Assembly: GCA_965250285.1 (NCBI GenBank)
Contig: OZ252299.1
Coordinates: forward strand, 4,160,001 to 4,224,000
Direction: 5' to 3'
Length of the DNA stretch: 64,000 nucleotides
From: Myxococcota bacterium
Lineage (GTDB): Bacteria; Myxococcota_A; UBA9160; UBA4427
Under the pieces are notes generated by a model, which searched no databases, was not told the origin of the DNA, and was given only the letters and a program-made list of their open reading frames with translations. Below, piece by piece: positions 36,781 to 47,401 of this stretch (position 1 is the first letter of the stretch; every line of letters starts with the position of its first letter). The position numbers were made by a program, and so were the translations under genes.

Positions 36781-38751
36781 TCACGGCGCAGCGCAGGTGC
36801 TCTCGAGCTCGTGGAGCAGAAGAATGCGGCGCACCTCCTCGATCGTCTTGGGGTGCGCCTGCGACGAGTGACTCACCCGCACGACGAGCTCTGACTGAGC
36901 CTCTTCGATGTGCGCGCTGCGGTACTTCACGACGCCATCATCGCCCGTCTCGATGTCTTGCCCGGGCTTGACCGAGATGATCGAGTGCGCAGGCACGCTC
37001 GGCGCGACCGGGATCGAAGACAGCACCTGGATGAACTCGTCGTTCGGCGACATGTTGTCGATGCTGGTGCGCACGCGCACCCCGCGGTAGACCGACTGCG
37101 GGTCGTCGCTGATCCCCGACGCATCGGCGGCCACCTGAGCCAGGTCGGCGGGGAACCGGATCGCCCAGCTCGAGAGCCGCCGCAGGATGTCGGACGACGC
37201 GATGTAGCTGCCACGATGGGGCGTCGAGATGAAGATCACCCGCCCGACGGCTTCGTCGGGCTCGATGAACACGGCCTCTCGCAGCAGGGCCTTCGTCGCG
37301 TCGCTGAACCGCGTTTCTTCGAGGGGCTCGTCGAAGAACGAATCCCAGATCGTGTCGCCGCTCTCGATCGAGATGCCCTTGGCGAGGAGCCCCCCCTGGC
37401 TGTGGCCGATGATCACGGCGTCTCGGAGGCAGGCGTCGGTGCCTTCGGGGTCGAGGCTCGTGATTGCCCGATCGAGCGACCGACGCAAGAGCATCGACGA
37501 GTAGAGGATCGGGTTGCCCGACTCGTAGCGGAAGAACAAGAACTGATAGCGATCGCGAATGATCGGGTCGTTCTGAAGGTCGTTCACCATGTCGGCCCAG
37601 ATGACTGGCGTCGACATCGTGCCGTGCACGAAGACCACGGGGATCTGCCCTGACCGGCGCGGCTCCCAGCCGAAGAACCGATTGTCTTCGTTCACCTTGG
37701 TGAGCCGACCGAAGAAGACGCCGAGGCGGCCCTCCCAGACGTCGGATTCCTCGAGCGAGGCCGCGAGCGCGACCGAGGGCTGAATCTCGAGCGGCAGGGG
37801 CTCACCGTCGATAACCACGGGCTCGGACTCGGCCGCCGGCGTGATCAGCAGCCGCGACTCGATGACTCCGGTTTGCAGCTGCGCGCGGGGATCGGGGATC
37901 AGCAGCAGCGCATTCACCGCCACCACCGCCTTGTGCGCGACGAGGTATCCAGCCGGGTCGTTCGGGTCGAGCGGACGCGTGCGCGCAGCGAGCGGCGCGC
38001 CGACGCCCGAGCGGCGATAGCGATTGCGCAGACCCTCGATCTCGAACTCGTGGGCCGGGAGGAAGTCGATGAGCAGCCGGTTCTGCCAGCGCAGCTCCGT
38101 CTCGTCGAATGCGACGTCGAGCTCGCCGAAGGGCAACTCGAAGCGCCCGCCCGTGAACTGCTGGTACTCGTCGAGGTCTCGGAACGATTCGACCAGCCCC
38201 CGCGCGTAGAGATCGGCCGCGACGCGCACGCGCGGATCGATCAGCGTGACGGTCGACGCCTCGTCGTCCGAGAAGAGGAACGTGTAGGCGTAGACGACGG
38301 CGGCCCGGTAGTACTTGTTCGCCTCGCTGATCAGCGGGGCTTCGTCCGACGTGTAGATGGGGTCCTTGCGGACCATGCCCCGGTTGATGCGCTTCTCACG
38401 CGCCCGCGCACGCCGCCACGCCTTCCGCTCGAGGCCCTCGGCATAGAAGAACGAGAGCTCGGCCAGAGCGAAGTACTCGTCCGAGCCACCCCGGCCTTCG
38501 AGGACCTCCTCGTGGAGCGCGACGATGGCTTCGGGCGGCGACTCGTCGTAGCGCTTCAACAGCTCGTGGTTGCGGAGGACGATCTTGCTGTAGTCGCTCA
38601 AGTCGCCCGTCGCGGCCACGTTGGTGTGCGTCGCGCGTCGTGCCGCGTCGGTCGAGGCATGCTCGACGCGCAGGGGCGAGCCCCCGGCGCACGCGATCGC
38701 GCTCATCCAGACGGCCAGGCACCCTGCGGCGATCGCTCGCGCACTTCGCAT
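36781..38751 (-). CDS. Exported alpha/beta hydrolase (esterase/lipase), possible lipoprotein
   Basis: IPVVFVHGTMS, GHSQGG nucleophile elbow, FISTPHRGS and DGVVKY.SAH; N-terminal AIAC. Confidence 0.85.
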   Translation of the reverse strand: MRSARAIAAGCLAVWMSAIACAGGSPLRVEHASTDAARRATHTNVAATGDLSDYSKIVLRNHELLKRYDESPPEAIVALHEEVLEGRGGSDEYFALAELSFFYAEGLERKAWRRARAREKRINRGMVRKDPIYTSDEAPLISEANKYYRAAVVYAYTFLFSDDEASTVTLIDPRVRVAADLYARGLVESFRDLDEYQQFTGGRFELPFGELDVAFDETELRWQNRLLIDFLPAHEFEIEGLRNRYRRSGVGAPLAARTRPLDPNDPAGYLVAHKAVVAVNALLLIPDPRAQLQTGVIESRLLITPAAESEPVVIDGEPLPLEIQPSVALAASLEESDVWEGRLGVFFGRLTKVNEDNRFFGWEPRRSGQIPVVFVHGTMSTPVIWADMVNDLQNDPIIRDRYQFLFFRYESGNPILYSSMLLRRSLDRAITSLDPEGTDACLRDAVIIGHSQGGLLAKGISIESGDTIWDSFFDEPLEETRFSDATKALLREAVFIEPDEAVGRVIFISTPHRGSYIASSDILRRLSSWAIRFPADLAQVAADASGISDDPQSVYRGVRVRTSIDNMSPNDEFIQVLSSIPVAPSVPAHSIISVKPGQDIETGDDGVVKYRSAHIEEAQSELVVRVSHSSQAHPKTIEEVRRILLLHELESTCAAP

Positions 38752-38783
38752 TCGATCTCTCCCCCGGCCGGGCGGCCGCGCGC

Positions 38784-39749
38784 TCAGATACCGAGCGCCC
38801 AGCCGACCTTCGCCTGCAGCCGCTCGAACCACTCCTTCTCGTAGGCGTTCTCGGGCTCGGCGCGGACCATCTCGTCCATCACCTTCGCGTCTTCGCCGAC
38901 GAGGATCCGCCAGCGGCCCTCGCGCACGCCCGTGAGGATCACCTCGGCCGCCTCGGCTGCGGTCATCGGCGCCTGCGTCTCGAACGCTTCGCCGCGGGCG
39001 ATCAGAATCTGACGGATCTGATCGGTCGTCCAACCCGACGTGTCGACGCCCATCGCCGAGATGCGCTCGCGCGCCTGCTCGATCCCCTCGTCGTCGAGCT
39101 CCTTCGGATCGAAGCCGAGGATCTTGCCCGAGTTCTTCACGATCGCCGTGCCGATGTGGCCGGGCATCACGACCGAGACCTTCACGTGCGGGGCGTTGTT
39201 GCGCAGGTCGTTGACCAGGGCCTCGCTGAAGCCCTTCACTGCGAACTTGGCCGCCGAGTACGCCGTGTGACCGGTGGAGGGCCCGATCGACGCCCAGAAG
39301 CCGTTGACGCTGCTCGTGTTGATCAAGTGGCCTTCCTCGGCCGCGATCAGCATCGGCAGGAAGGCGCGCGTCGAGTAGTAGACACCACCCCAGCACACGT
39401 CGAACGTCTTGTCCCACTCTTCTCGGCCGTCGATGATCATGCTGCCGCCACCGCCGATGCCCGCGTTGTTGAACACGAGGTGGACGTGATCGGTCTCGTG
39501 CGCATCGGCCACGGCCGACTGGAACGAGACGACGTCGGCCTCGTCCGAGACGTCGGCGACGTGAGTCGTGACGCGCGTCCCTGCCGGCGCGGCTTCTTCA
39601 CACAGCGCCTTCGTCTGCGCCATGTTCTCTTCGGACAGGTCGCACATCGCGACGTGGCACCCCTCGGCCGTGAGCTGCCGACTCAGCTCTCGTCCCATGC
39701 CCGTGCCGCCCCCCGTGATGACGGCGATCTTGCCTTCGAACCGCTCCAT
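38784..39749 (-). CDS. Short-chain dehydrogenase/reductase
   Basis: TGGGTGMG, NNAGIG, NTSS and YSAAK motifs. Confidence 0.95.
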   Translation of the reverse strand: MERFEGKIAVITGGGTGMGRELSRQLTAEGCHVAMCDLSEENMAQTKALCEEAAPAGTRVTTHVADVSDEADVVSFQSAVADAHETDHVHLVFNNAGIGGGGSMIIDGREEWDKTFDVCWGGVYYSTRAFLPMLIAAEEGHLINTSSVNGFWASIGPSTGHTAYSAAKFAVKGFSEALVNDLRNNAPHVKVSVVMPGHIGTAIVKNSGKILGFDPKELDDEGIEQARERISAMGVDTSGWTTDQIRQILIARGEAFETQAPMTAAEAAEVILTGVREGRWRILVGEDAKVMDEMVRAEPENAYEKEWFERLQAKVGWALGI

Positions 39750-39863
39750 GCCTTCCTCCTAGACGAACGACGAGGGTACCGCGAACGCGCGCATCGTGGA
39801 GCGGGGGATTCGGCACGCAGAAGTGCTTCGGCCGGAGATCCGGCGCAATTGGAAGAGCGAGAT

Positions 39864-40427
39864 TCAGGTCGACTGGAGGGTGTGTTCGGCGACGATCTCG
39901 AAGAGGCGCTCGCGCCGGTCGGGCGCCCACGTGTAGAGCGCGAGGCGGTCGAGGCGAACCCTCGGCGAACCGAGATCGAGCGCCTCGGCCCAGTCCAGCG
40001 CGGCGCGTCGCTGCCGCGCGTCGGCGCGGCGCCCGATGCGCGCCAGCGTCACGTGGGGCAGCGGCGGTCGATCGTCGGGCCGGGCCCCAGCGGCCGCGAG
40101 CATCGGCGCGCGGACCGCCGCGATCCCATCGGCGACGCGCTCGGCGTTCGCCTCGAGCAGCGCCGACAGCGCCGACGGCTTGCGCCGCGCGCCCAGCCCA
40201 CGAACCCCGCCCAGCCGCACGCCGAGCGGGCCCGTCGGCCACGACGGCGCGAGCGCGAAGGCCCGACGCGCAGCGCGCTCCTGGACGCCACCGAGGAACG
40301 CGACCGTGGCGTGCAGGTCGCTGGCCGCAAAGAGCCGCACCTCGGGCGGCGCAGGCGAGAGGGCTTCGAGCCACGGCCCGGCCGCGACCGGCAGCGCGAT
40401 GAACCAGTTGGGTCTGGCGGCGGCCAC
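39864..40427 (-). CDS. 2H phosphoesterase, RNA 2',3'-cyclic phosphodiesterase (ThpR/LigT-like)
   Basis: FIAL, LHATVAFLG and PHVTLAR (two HxT motifs). Confidence 0.85.
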   Translation of the reverse strand: MAAARPNWFIALPVAAGPWLEALSPAPPEVRLFAASDLHATVAFLGGVQERAARRAFALAPSWPTGPLGVRLGGVRGLGARRKPSALSALLEANAERVADGIAAVRAPMLAAAGARPDDRPPLPHVTLARIGRRADARQRRAALDWAEALDLGSPRVRLDRLALYTWAPDRRERLFEIVAEHTLQST

Positions 40428-40562
40428 GCGTTCAGTCCGCCCCGCGAAGGACGCGGTGTCCGACGTGCCCGGGTCGCAGCGACGCCAGGCCGACGCTCGC
40501 AGACGCGGGTGCGCGCACGGCCGCGAGCGAAGCCCGCATCGCGCGACGACAGACGAGCGACG

Positions 40563-41711
40563 TCAGCGCTGCAGCACCGTCACGGCGGACACGCCCGGAA
40601 AGCCGTAGACCTGCGTGAAGCCGGTCTTCGGATCGCCCGGGACCTGGCGCTCACCCGCCTCCCCCCGCAGCTGCGTCGCGATTTCGTAGACCTGCCGAAG
40701 GCCCGACGCGCCGATCGGCTCGCCGTTCGCAAGCAGACCGCCGTCGGTGTTGACCGGCAGGCGGCCGCCGATCTCGGTCTCTCCGGCGGCGATCCAGGCC
40801 TCCTGCTCACCGTCTTCGCAGAAGCCGCACTCGGCCATGTGCATGATCTCGTGACCGACCTCGGTGTCCTGCAGCTGAGCCACGTCGACGTCCTCGGGCC
40901 CGACGCCGGCCTGCTCGAACGCGACCTGCGCCGCGAGCACGGCCGGGCTCGACGTCATCGTCGCCGGCGTCGACGGCGAGAGCGTCTCGAACGAGCCGTA
41001 CTGCCGCGTCTTGAAGACGGCGCTCTTCACGTAGATCGGCTTGTCGGTGTAGCGCTTCGCGTCCTCCGCCCGACACAACACCATGGCGGCCGCGCCTTCC
41101 GAAGGCGAGCAGAAGTGAAACTTGCGCAGCGGATCGCAGACGAAGTCGGACTGCGCGATCTCGTCGTACGAGAGCGCCTTGCGGCGCCACGCCTGCGGGT
41201 TGCGCGCGCCGTTCGCGAACGCCTTGACCGCCACCCGATTCAGGCAGTCTTCGGTGATCCCGTGATCGTGCATGTAGCGCCGGGTCTTCATCGAGAAGTA
41301 CTGGGGATTCAGCGCCAGACCGGTCTCGCCGTACCATTGGCCGAGACCGATCGCCTCGAGCGTGTCCCCCACCGAGAACGCACCGCGCGGATGCTTGTCG
41401 AGGCCGACGGCGAGCGCGAGATCGCCGACGCCCGCCGTGATCGCGTTGGCGGCCGAGATCAGCAGATTGCCGCCGGTCGCGCAGCCGTTGTAGAGCGTCG
41501 TGAACGGGATCCCGGTCAGGCCCAACCACTTGTTCATCGTGTCGGGCTGAAGCACCTCGAGGCTGCCCGCGTAGGCGGTGTCGATCTCTTCCCACCGCAC
41601 GCCCGCATCGTTCAGGGCGTGGCGCGCGGCCGCCGCCCCCATGTCGAGGGCCGACACGCCGTCATGGCGGCCGAACGGGTAGAGCCCGATGCCAACGATC
41701 GCGACGTCCAT
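40563..41711 (-). CDS. SCP-x-type thiolase family protein
   Basis: NGCATG, NGARNP.A, PVNTDGGLLANGEPIGASGL and QLRGEAGERQV motifs. Confidence 0.92.
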   Translation of the reverse strand: MDVAIVGIGLYPFGRHDGVSALDMGAAAARHALNDAGVRWEEIDTAYAGSLEVLQPDTMNKWLGLTGIPFTTLYNGCATGGNLLISAANAITAGVGDLALAVGLDKHPRGAFSVGDTLEAIGLGQWYGETGLALNPQYFSMKTRRYMHDHGITEDCLNRVAVKAFANGARNPQAWRRKALSYDEIAQSDFVCDPLRKFHFCSPSEGAAAMVLCRAEDAKRYTDKPIYVKSAVFKTRQYGSFETLSPSTPATMTSSPAVLAAQVAFEQAGVGPEDVDVAQLQDTEVGHEIMHMAECGFCEDGEQEAWIAAGETEIGGRLPVNTDGGLLANGEPIGASGLRQVYEIATQLRGEAGERQVPGDPKTGFTQVYGFPGVSAVTVLQR

Positions 41712-41724
41712 GATGCGGGCGCTC

Positions 41725-42168
41725 CTATTCCGAAACCGGCGCAAAGGCGAAGGTCATGAGCGACTCACCGCCCTCGCCTTCGGCGAACTTCTCGATCACG
41801 AGCTCCATCGTCTGGCCGATCGCGAGCGCGTCGGGGTCCGCCGTCGTCAGACGCCCCTCGACCCGCACGCCTTCGGGCAGCTCGACGTAGCCGACGCCGA
41901 AGGGCTCGAAGGTCTTCGGGTCGCCGATGTACGGGTGCGGCGGCGGAAACCGCTGGATCGTCCAGGTCCACAGCACCCCCCGCGGCGAGAGCAGGATCTC
42001 TTCGATCGACTCGCTGGCGCACGCCGGGCAGCTCGACTGCGCAGGGAACGCCACCTCGCCGCAGCTCTGGCACCGGCTCGCGATCAGCCGGGGCGAGGCG
42101 CTCGGCCAGGTGTAGAGCCCCTCGGCGATCGGGCGCTCAGCAGGCGGATTCAGGGCTTGCTCGGGCAT
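41725..42168 (-). CDS. DUF35 Zn-ribbon/OB-fold partner of the thiolase
   Basis: CQSCG..FP...CPAC, G.LWTWT and PFGVGYVELPEG motifs. Confidence 0.92.
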   Translation of the reverse strand: MPEQALNPPAERPIAEGLYTWPSASPRLIASRCQSCGEVAFPAQSSCPACASESIEEILLSPRGVLWTWTIQRFPPPHPYIGDPKTFEPFGVGYVELPEGVRVEGRLTTADPDALAIGQTMELVIEKFAEGEGGESLMTFAFAPVSE

Positions 42169-42340
42169 ATTTGACGCTCCGTCAGATTTGGCAGACTAGC
42201 ACGATTCCGGTGCAGCGAGTCGATCGTCGCGGCCCGAAACGGCCCGCTCCCGGGTTGCCCGCGCGCGCCGACCGGGCGACGTTGGCGCGCGCCCGCTCGA
42301 CCGCCCCGGCGCGCTCGGCGGCAGAGCAGACAGGACGCAC

Positions 42341-44278
42341 ATGCGAGTCACGCTCAAGGATCGGATCCGCTTCGCGCTCGAGGGCTGGCTGCTCGGCGGC
42401 CTCGGCCATCGGCTCCTCTTCGCGGCCGCAATCGTGCTCGGCGTCGCCGTCGGCGCGGGGCTGCTGCTCTCGACGGTCGATCCCGAGTTCACGCCCGACG
42501 CAGCGATCTGGTGGGCGTTCCTTCGACTCACCGACCCCGGCTATCTCGGCGACGATCAGGGCGTCGCGCGGCGCATCATCGCAACGGTGGTGACGGTGCT
42601 CGGCTATCTGCTCTTTCTGGGCCTGCTGATCGCGATCCTCACCCAGTGGCTCGACGACATGATCGAACGGCTCGAGGCCGGCGTCACGCCGGTCGGCATG
42701 AGCGACCACGTGCTCGTGCTCGGCTGGAGCCAGCGCACGCCGACGATCGTCCGGCACCTGCTCGAAACGCGGAATCGTGTCGCCCGGTTTCTCGCGCGCC
42801 ACGGCGCCAGTCAGCTTCGTATCGTCGTGCTCGCCGAGAGCGTCGACGCCGAGATCTCGCGCGAGCTGCGTGAGCGCGTCGGCGCGGCGTGGGACGATCG
42901 CCAGGTCACGCTGCGCGCCGGCAGCCCGCTGCGACTCGACCACCTCGAACGCGTCGCGTTCGCCGAGGCCGCCGTGATCATCGTGCCGCGGGGTGACGAT
43001 CGCGACGCACCGCTGCGCATCCTCGACGCCGAGACCGTCAAGACGCTGCGCGCGCTTGCCGTGCACGGGCACGGGGGCCCTGCCGAGCTGCCTGCGGTCG
43101 TCGCCGAGCTCGGCTCGGGCCAGAGCGCGCCCGTGGCTCGCAGTGCGTACGCGGGCCGCTGCGAGACCATCGCGGCCGACGAGATCGTCGGGCACCTGAT
43201 CGCCCAGAGCGTGATCCAGCACGGCGTCTTCCACGTCCTGCGCGAGCTGCTGACGCTGAATACGGGCAACGCGATCTTCGTGCGTCGCTTCGAGGGCGAC
43301 CGGGCGACCGACATCGACGAGCTTCGCCGCGACGTCGAGCGCGCGATCCCGATCGGCTTCGTTCGGGCAGGGGAGCGCGAGCCGTGCCTGAATCCTCCCG
43401 GTGACGTACCGATCCAGCCGAGCGACACCGTCGTGTACGTCGCGCGGCACCACGAAGACTGCACCCTGAAGCCGAGCGATCGCCCGCTCGTGCATCACGT
43501 GGGGCGCACGCTCTCCGTGCCCGAAGCCGACGAGACGTGTCGCATCCTGATCCTCGGCTGGAGCCGCAAGGTGCCGGCCCTGCTCTACGAGCTCGCCCGC
43601 TACGGCTCGGAGGTGTTCGACGTGCACATCGTCTCGTCGAAACCGATCGAAGAGCGCGAGCAGACGCTCGAAGCCTATGGCGCGACGATGGCCCGCGAAC
43701 GGGTACGGCACTCGCAGCTCAGCACGATCGCCATCAGCACCCTCAACGCGCTCGAGCCCGAGCACTACGATCACATCATCATGATGGCGAGCGAGCAGCT
43801 CGACGGATCCGATCAGACCGACGCTGCGACCGTCTTCGCGCACCAGGTGCTCTCGACCCGGCTGCCCGATGGCCCCGATCGACCGCACGTCTTCATCGAG
43901 CTGCTCGGCGAGGCCGACCTCTTTCTGTTCGATCGCGACGTCGACGACGTCATCGTGAGCCCGAGCGTGGCCAGCTACCTGGTCTCGCAGGTCGCGCTGC
44001 GACCCGAGCTGCGCGGCATCTTCAACCATCTGACCGAGCCGTGGGGCTCCCAGATCGTCGAGCATCGCGCCGACAGCTGGCTCGCGTGCGATGGCGCGGA
44101 GACGGCGTTCAGCGACATCGAGCGCATCGCGGCCGAGCGGGGGCAGATCGCGCTGGGGGTGCACCTCGAGCGTGACGGTCTGCAGCTGAACCCCGATCGC
44201 GACTCGACCTGGGCGCTGCGACCGACCGACCACATCGTCACGCTCGCGACCTTCCTCGAGCCCGACGCGCCGACCTGA
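42341..44278 (+). CDS. CASTOR/POLLUX-related ion channel with RCK domains
   Basis: TM-pore-TM (WWAFLRLTDPGYLGDD), then HVLVLGW, ILILGWS and LNP motifs. Confidence 0.85.
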   Translation: MRVTLKDRIRFALEGWLLGGLGHRLLFAAAIVLGVAVGAGLLLSTVDPEFTPDAAIWWAFLRLTDPGYLGDDQGVARRIIATVVTVLGYLLFLGLLIAILTQWLDDMIERLEAGVTPVGMSDHVLVLGWSQRTPTIVRHLLETRNRVARFLARHGASQLRIVVLAESVDAEISRELRERVGAAWDDRQVTLRAGSPLRLDHLERVAFAEAAVIIVPRGDDRDAPLRILDAETVKTLRALAVHGHGGPAELPAVVAELGSGQSAPVARSAYAGRCETIAADEIVGHLIAQSVIQHGVFHVLRELLTLNTGNAIFVRRFEGDRATDIDELRRDVERAIPIGFVRAGEREPCLNPPGDVPIQPSDTVVYVARHHEDCTLKPSDRPLVHHVGRTLSVPEADETCRILILGWSRKVPALLYELARYGSEVFDVHIVSSKPIEEREQTLEAYGATMARERVRHSQLSTIAISTLNALEPEHYDHIIMMASEQLDGSDQTDAATVFAHQVLSTRLPDGPDRPHVFIELLGEADLFLFDRDVDDVIVSPSVASYLVSQVALRPELRGIFNHLTEPWGSQIVEHRADSWLACDGAETAFSDIERIAAERGQIALGVHLERDGLQLNPDRDSTWALRPTDHIVTLATFLEPDAPT

Positions 44279-44284
44279 CCCGAG

Positions 44285-45325
44285 CTAGACCGCCGTCGTT
44301 CGCGACGTCACGGGGCCGGCGATGCCACGCAGCAGCCGGCCGAGGATGTCCGAACCGGTGATGATGCGGCGATCCTCGGTCCATACCAGGATCACGTCGT
44401 GATCGACCACGTCATCGCCCTCGTACTCGCGGTCGACCCGAAACGCCGGCAGCGCGTCTTCGAGGGTGGCGCGCGGATCGTCGACCACGATCGGTACGTG
44501 ACAGAACGCTTCGACCGGACGCGGTGAGGGACGAAGCAGCGCTTCGCGCAAGAAGCCATCCGCATCGAGGATGCGCAGCGGTCGACCCGCCGTCGACGTC
44601 ACGACGACCCACTTCTGGCCCGACGCCTCGAGCTGCTGCAGGAACGGATCGTTCGCGACGTGTGCGTAGCTCGGGAACACCGGCGCGCCGTTCTCCGCGG
44701 GCAGCTCGATCACGCTCATCGGGTCGAGGGGCTCGCCCTCCTCGGTCACGTGCAGGTCATCGAGCGCCATGAAGTTGAGCGCGCCGATGCCCTCGACGCG
44801 CGACACCTCGCTCTCGGACGAAGCGATGAAGCGCTTGACCGTCTCGCGCAGCTCGTTCTCGGTCATGTAGTCGATGCTCTCGCCCCCGATCCAAGCGTCG
44901 AGAAAGAGCGCCGTGGGCTTCGCGATTGGAAACAGCATCAGCTGCCAGAAGCGCAGAAACGGTCGCGTGAGCGTCGCCATTCGGAGCGCGTGCCGCGAGA
45001 AGTAGGCCTGGGGGATGATCTCACCCCCGAACGTGATCGCGAAGGTCGAGAAGAAGAAGCTCGCCGCCCCCGCGAGCACCGACTCGGTGAGCAGGGTCAG
45101 CATGACGTTCGTCGCGACGTTGCCCCAGAGCACGGTCGCGAGCAGGAAGTTCGAGTCGCGGCGCAGCTCGAGCAGCCGGGCGGCGTCGGCGTTGCCGGCG
45201 GCCGCGAGCGCCTCGAGCTGGAGGGCGCTGATGCCGAAGAGCGAGATGTTCAGCCCCGAGAAGCCTCCCGACTGCAGCACGCACAGCACGATCCCGCCCC
45301 AAGTCAACGCGGTCGTCGCGTCCAT
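44285..45325 (-). CDS. DUF21 (CNNM) domain metal-transport membrane protein
   Basis: SGGFSGLN, LLATVLWGNV..N, FGGEIIPQA and FPIAKP..LD motifs. Confidence 0.88.
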   Translation of the reverse strand: MDATTALTWGGIVLCVLQSGGFSGLNISLFGISALQLEALAAAGNADAARLLELRRDSNFLLATVLWGNVATNVMLTLLTESVLAGAASFFFSTFAITFGGEIIPQAYFSRHALRMATLTRPFLRFWQLMLFPIAKPTALFLDAWIGGESIDYMTENELRETVKRFIASSESEVSRVEGIGALNFMALDDLHVTEEGEPLDPMSVIELPAENGAPVFPSYAHVANDPFLQQLEASGQKWVVVTSTAGRPLRILDADGFLREALLRPSPRPVEAFCHVPIVVDDPRATLEDALPAFRVDREYEGDDVVDHDVILVWTEDRRIITGSDILGRLLRGIAGPVTSRTTAV

Positions 45326-45526
45326 TCGAGCACCTCCTGGCCCCAGACCCTGCCGGGGGGCTCCCGCCCCCGCAAGCCGACCCCTGCTCGCACGCGGCGC
45401 GGCCGGCCGCACACCTACGGGGCCCCGCGACGATGGGCGATGCGAGCACTAGAATGGGCGCCTCGCCGGCGGGCGCCGCCCCCGGCCTCTCGGTCCACTT
45501 CGACGCAACCCCAGGAGCCCGCCCCC

Positions 45527-46039
45527 ATGCCCACCGCCACCGAGCAGGAAGCCCTCGACACGTACGCCCGCTTCGTCGCCCAGCGCGACGAGGTCGATGA
45601 GGGCACACGCGGCTGGGCCGATCTCGCCGACTTCTTCACCGAGGACGCCGCCTACATCGATCCGGCGTGGGGACGCATCGAAGGCCGCGAGGGCATCCGG
45701 AAGTTCTTCGTCGACTCGATGGCCGGGCTGACCGGCCACGGCTGGGAGACACCCGAGAACTGGACGATGGTCGACGGCCACCGCCTCGTCAGTCAGTGGG
45801 ATCAGATCCTCGGTCGAAAGGAGAGCGGCGAGCCGTGGCTCGTGCCGGGCCTGTCGATCCTCTACTACGCCGGCGACGGCCTCTTCTGCTACAGCCACGA
45901 CATGCTGAACATGACGCACATCGGGCAGACGATGCGCGACATGCAGTGGCGTCCGCCCACCGAGATGGTCTTCCCGCCCAAGGTCGTGAACCGCGACGTG
46001 TCGCTGCCCGAGGCATGGGCGCACCTGGCGAAGGGCTAG
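45527..46039 (+). CDS. SnoaL/NTF2-like protein
   Basis: [22 protein letters not shown]...S.L.YAGDGLF; AGGAG RBS. Confidence 0.8.
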   Translation: MPTATEQEALDTYARFVAQRDEVDEGTRGWADLADFFTEDAAYIDPAWGRIEGREGIRKFFVDSMAGLTGHGWETPENWTMVDGHRLVSQWDQILGRKESGEPWLVPGLSILYYAGDGLFCYSHDMLNMTHIGQTMRDMQWRPPTEMVFPPKVVNRDVSLPEAWAHLAKG

Positions 46040-46049
46040 TGCCCGCCTG

Positions 46050-47384
46050 ATGTCGCACCCGAGCAAAGACAAGGCAGCGCCGAAGATCGGCTTCGCGAGC
46101 CTCGGCTGCCCGAAGGCCCTCGTCGACAGCGAGCGCATCCTGACGCAACTGCGCGCCGAAGGGTACGAGACCGTCGGTGGCTTCGAAGAGGCCGATCTCG
46201 TCGTGGTCAACACGTGCGGGTTCATCACGAGCGCCGTCGAAGAGAGCCTCGAAACCATCGGCGAGGCGATCGCCGAGAACGGCCGCGTCGTCGTGACCGG
46301 CTGCCTCGGCGCCGAACCCGAGAAGATCGAAGCGATCCACCCGAGCGTGCTGTCGATCAGCGGCCCGGCCGACTACGAGTCGGTGATCGGCGCAGTGCAC
46401 GAGCACTTGCCGCCGGCGCACGACCCCTTTCTCGACCTGCTGCCGCCCCAGGGCGTGAAGCTCACGCCGAAGCACTACGCCTACGTGAAGATCAGCGAAG
46501 GCTGCAACCATCGCTGTCGCTTCTGCATCATCCCTTCGATGCGCGGCGATCTCGTGAGCCGCCCGATCGACGACGTGATGCGCGAGGCCGAGCGCCTCGT
46601 CGCGGGCGGCGTGCGTGAGCTGCTCGTGATCTCGCAGGACACGAGCGCGTACGGCGTCGACGTGAAGCACACCGAGCACGAGTGGGGCGGACGCGCGTGG
46701 CGCACCCACGTGGTCGATCTCGCCGAAGCGCTCGGCGAGCTCGGCGTGTGGGTGCGACTGCACTACGTCTACCCGTATCCGCACGTCGATCGATTGATCC
46801 CGCTGATGGCCGAGCAGCGGATCCTGCCCTACCTCGACATTCCGTTTCAGCACGCGAGCCCCGCTGTGCTCGCACGGATGCGCCGCCCGGCGCACGCCGC
46901 GAAGACCCTCGAGCGCATCCACGCATGGCGGGCCGAGGTGCCCGAGCTCTCGATTCGCAGCACGTTCATCGTCGGCTTCCCCGGCGAGACCGACGCCGAC
47001 TTCGAGCTGCTGCTCGAATGGCTCGACGAGGCGCAGCTCGACCGGGTCGGCTGCTTCCCCTACTCACCGGTCGACGGCGCAGCGGCGAACGATCTCGACG
47101 GCGCCGTCCCCGAAGCGCTCAGACAGGAGCGCTGGGAGCGCTTCATGGAGCGCGCTTCGGCGATCAGCGCCGCGCGACTCGGCGCGAAGGTCGGGCAGAC
47201 GATGCAGGTGCTCGTCGATGGCCGCGAGGGCGACGTCGTGGTCGCCCGGACGCCCGGCGACGCGCCCGAGATCGACGGCATCGTCCGGATCCGCGGCGAC
47301 GAAGAGCTGGGTGCCGGTGACTTCGTCGACGTCGAGATCACCGGCAGCGACACCTACGACCTCGACGCACGCATCATCGACTGA
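46050..47384 (+). CDS. rimO: Ribosomal protein S12 methylthiotransferase RimO
   Basis: [18 protein letters not shown], radical-[11 protein letters not shown] and TRAM DAPEIDG motifs. Confidence 0.97.
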   Translation: MSHPSKDKAAPKIGFASLGCPKALVDSERILTQLRAEGYETVGGFEEADLVVVNTCGFITSAVEESLETIGEAIAENGRVVVTGCLGAEPEKIEAIHPSVLSISGPADYESVIGAVHEHLPPAHDPFLDLLPPQGVKLTPKHYAYVKISEGCNHRCRFCIIPSMRGDLVSRPIDDVMREAERLVAGGVRELLVISQDTSAYGVDVKHTEHEWGGRAWRTHVVDLAEALGELGVWVRLHYVYPYPHVDRLIPLMAEQRILPYLDIPFQHASPAVLARMRRPAHAAKTLERIHAWRAEVPELSIRSTFIVGFPGETDADFELLLEWLDEAQLDRVGCFPYSPVDGAAANDLDGAVPEALRQERWERFMERASAISAARLGAKVGQTMQVLVDGREGDVVVARTPGDAPEIDGIVRIRGDEELGAGDFVDVEITGSDTYDLDARIID

Positions 47385-47401
47385 AAGCGAAGCCCGCGGG
47401 C

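Noticed and set aside
38640..41759. 1039-aa plus-strand ORF, and similar long ORFs such as 7458-9779, 18137-20428 and 53133-55361
   Set aside because: These are antisense or alternate-frame shadows of clearly recognisable genes; they are Arg/Ala/Gly-rich with no motifs, as expected at very high GC.
46039..46050. 3-codon GTG-CCC-GCC-TGA bridge between the SnoaL gene and rimO
   Set aside because: It is too short and has 1-bp overlaps, so chance is likely; not counted among the bridging micro-ORFs.
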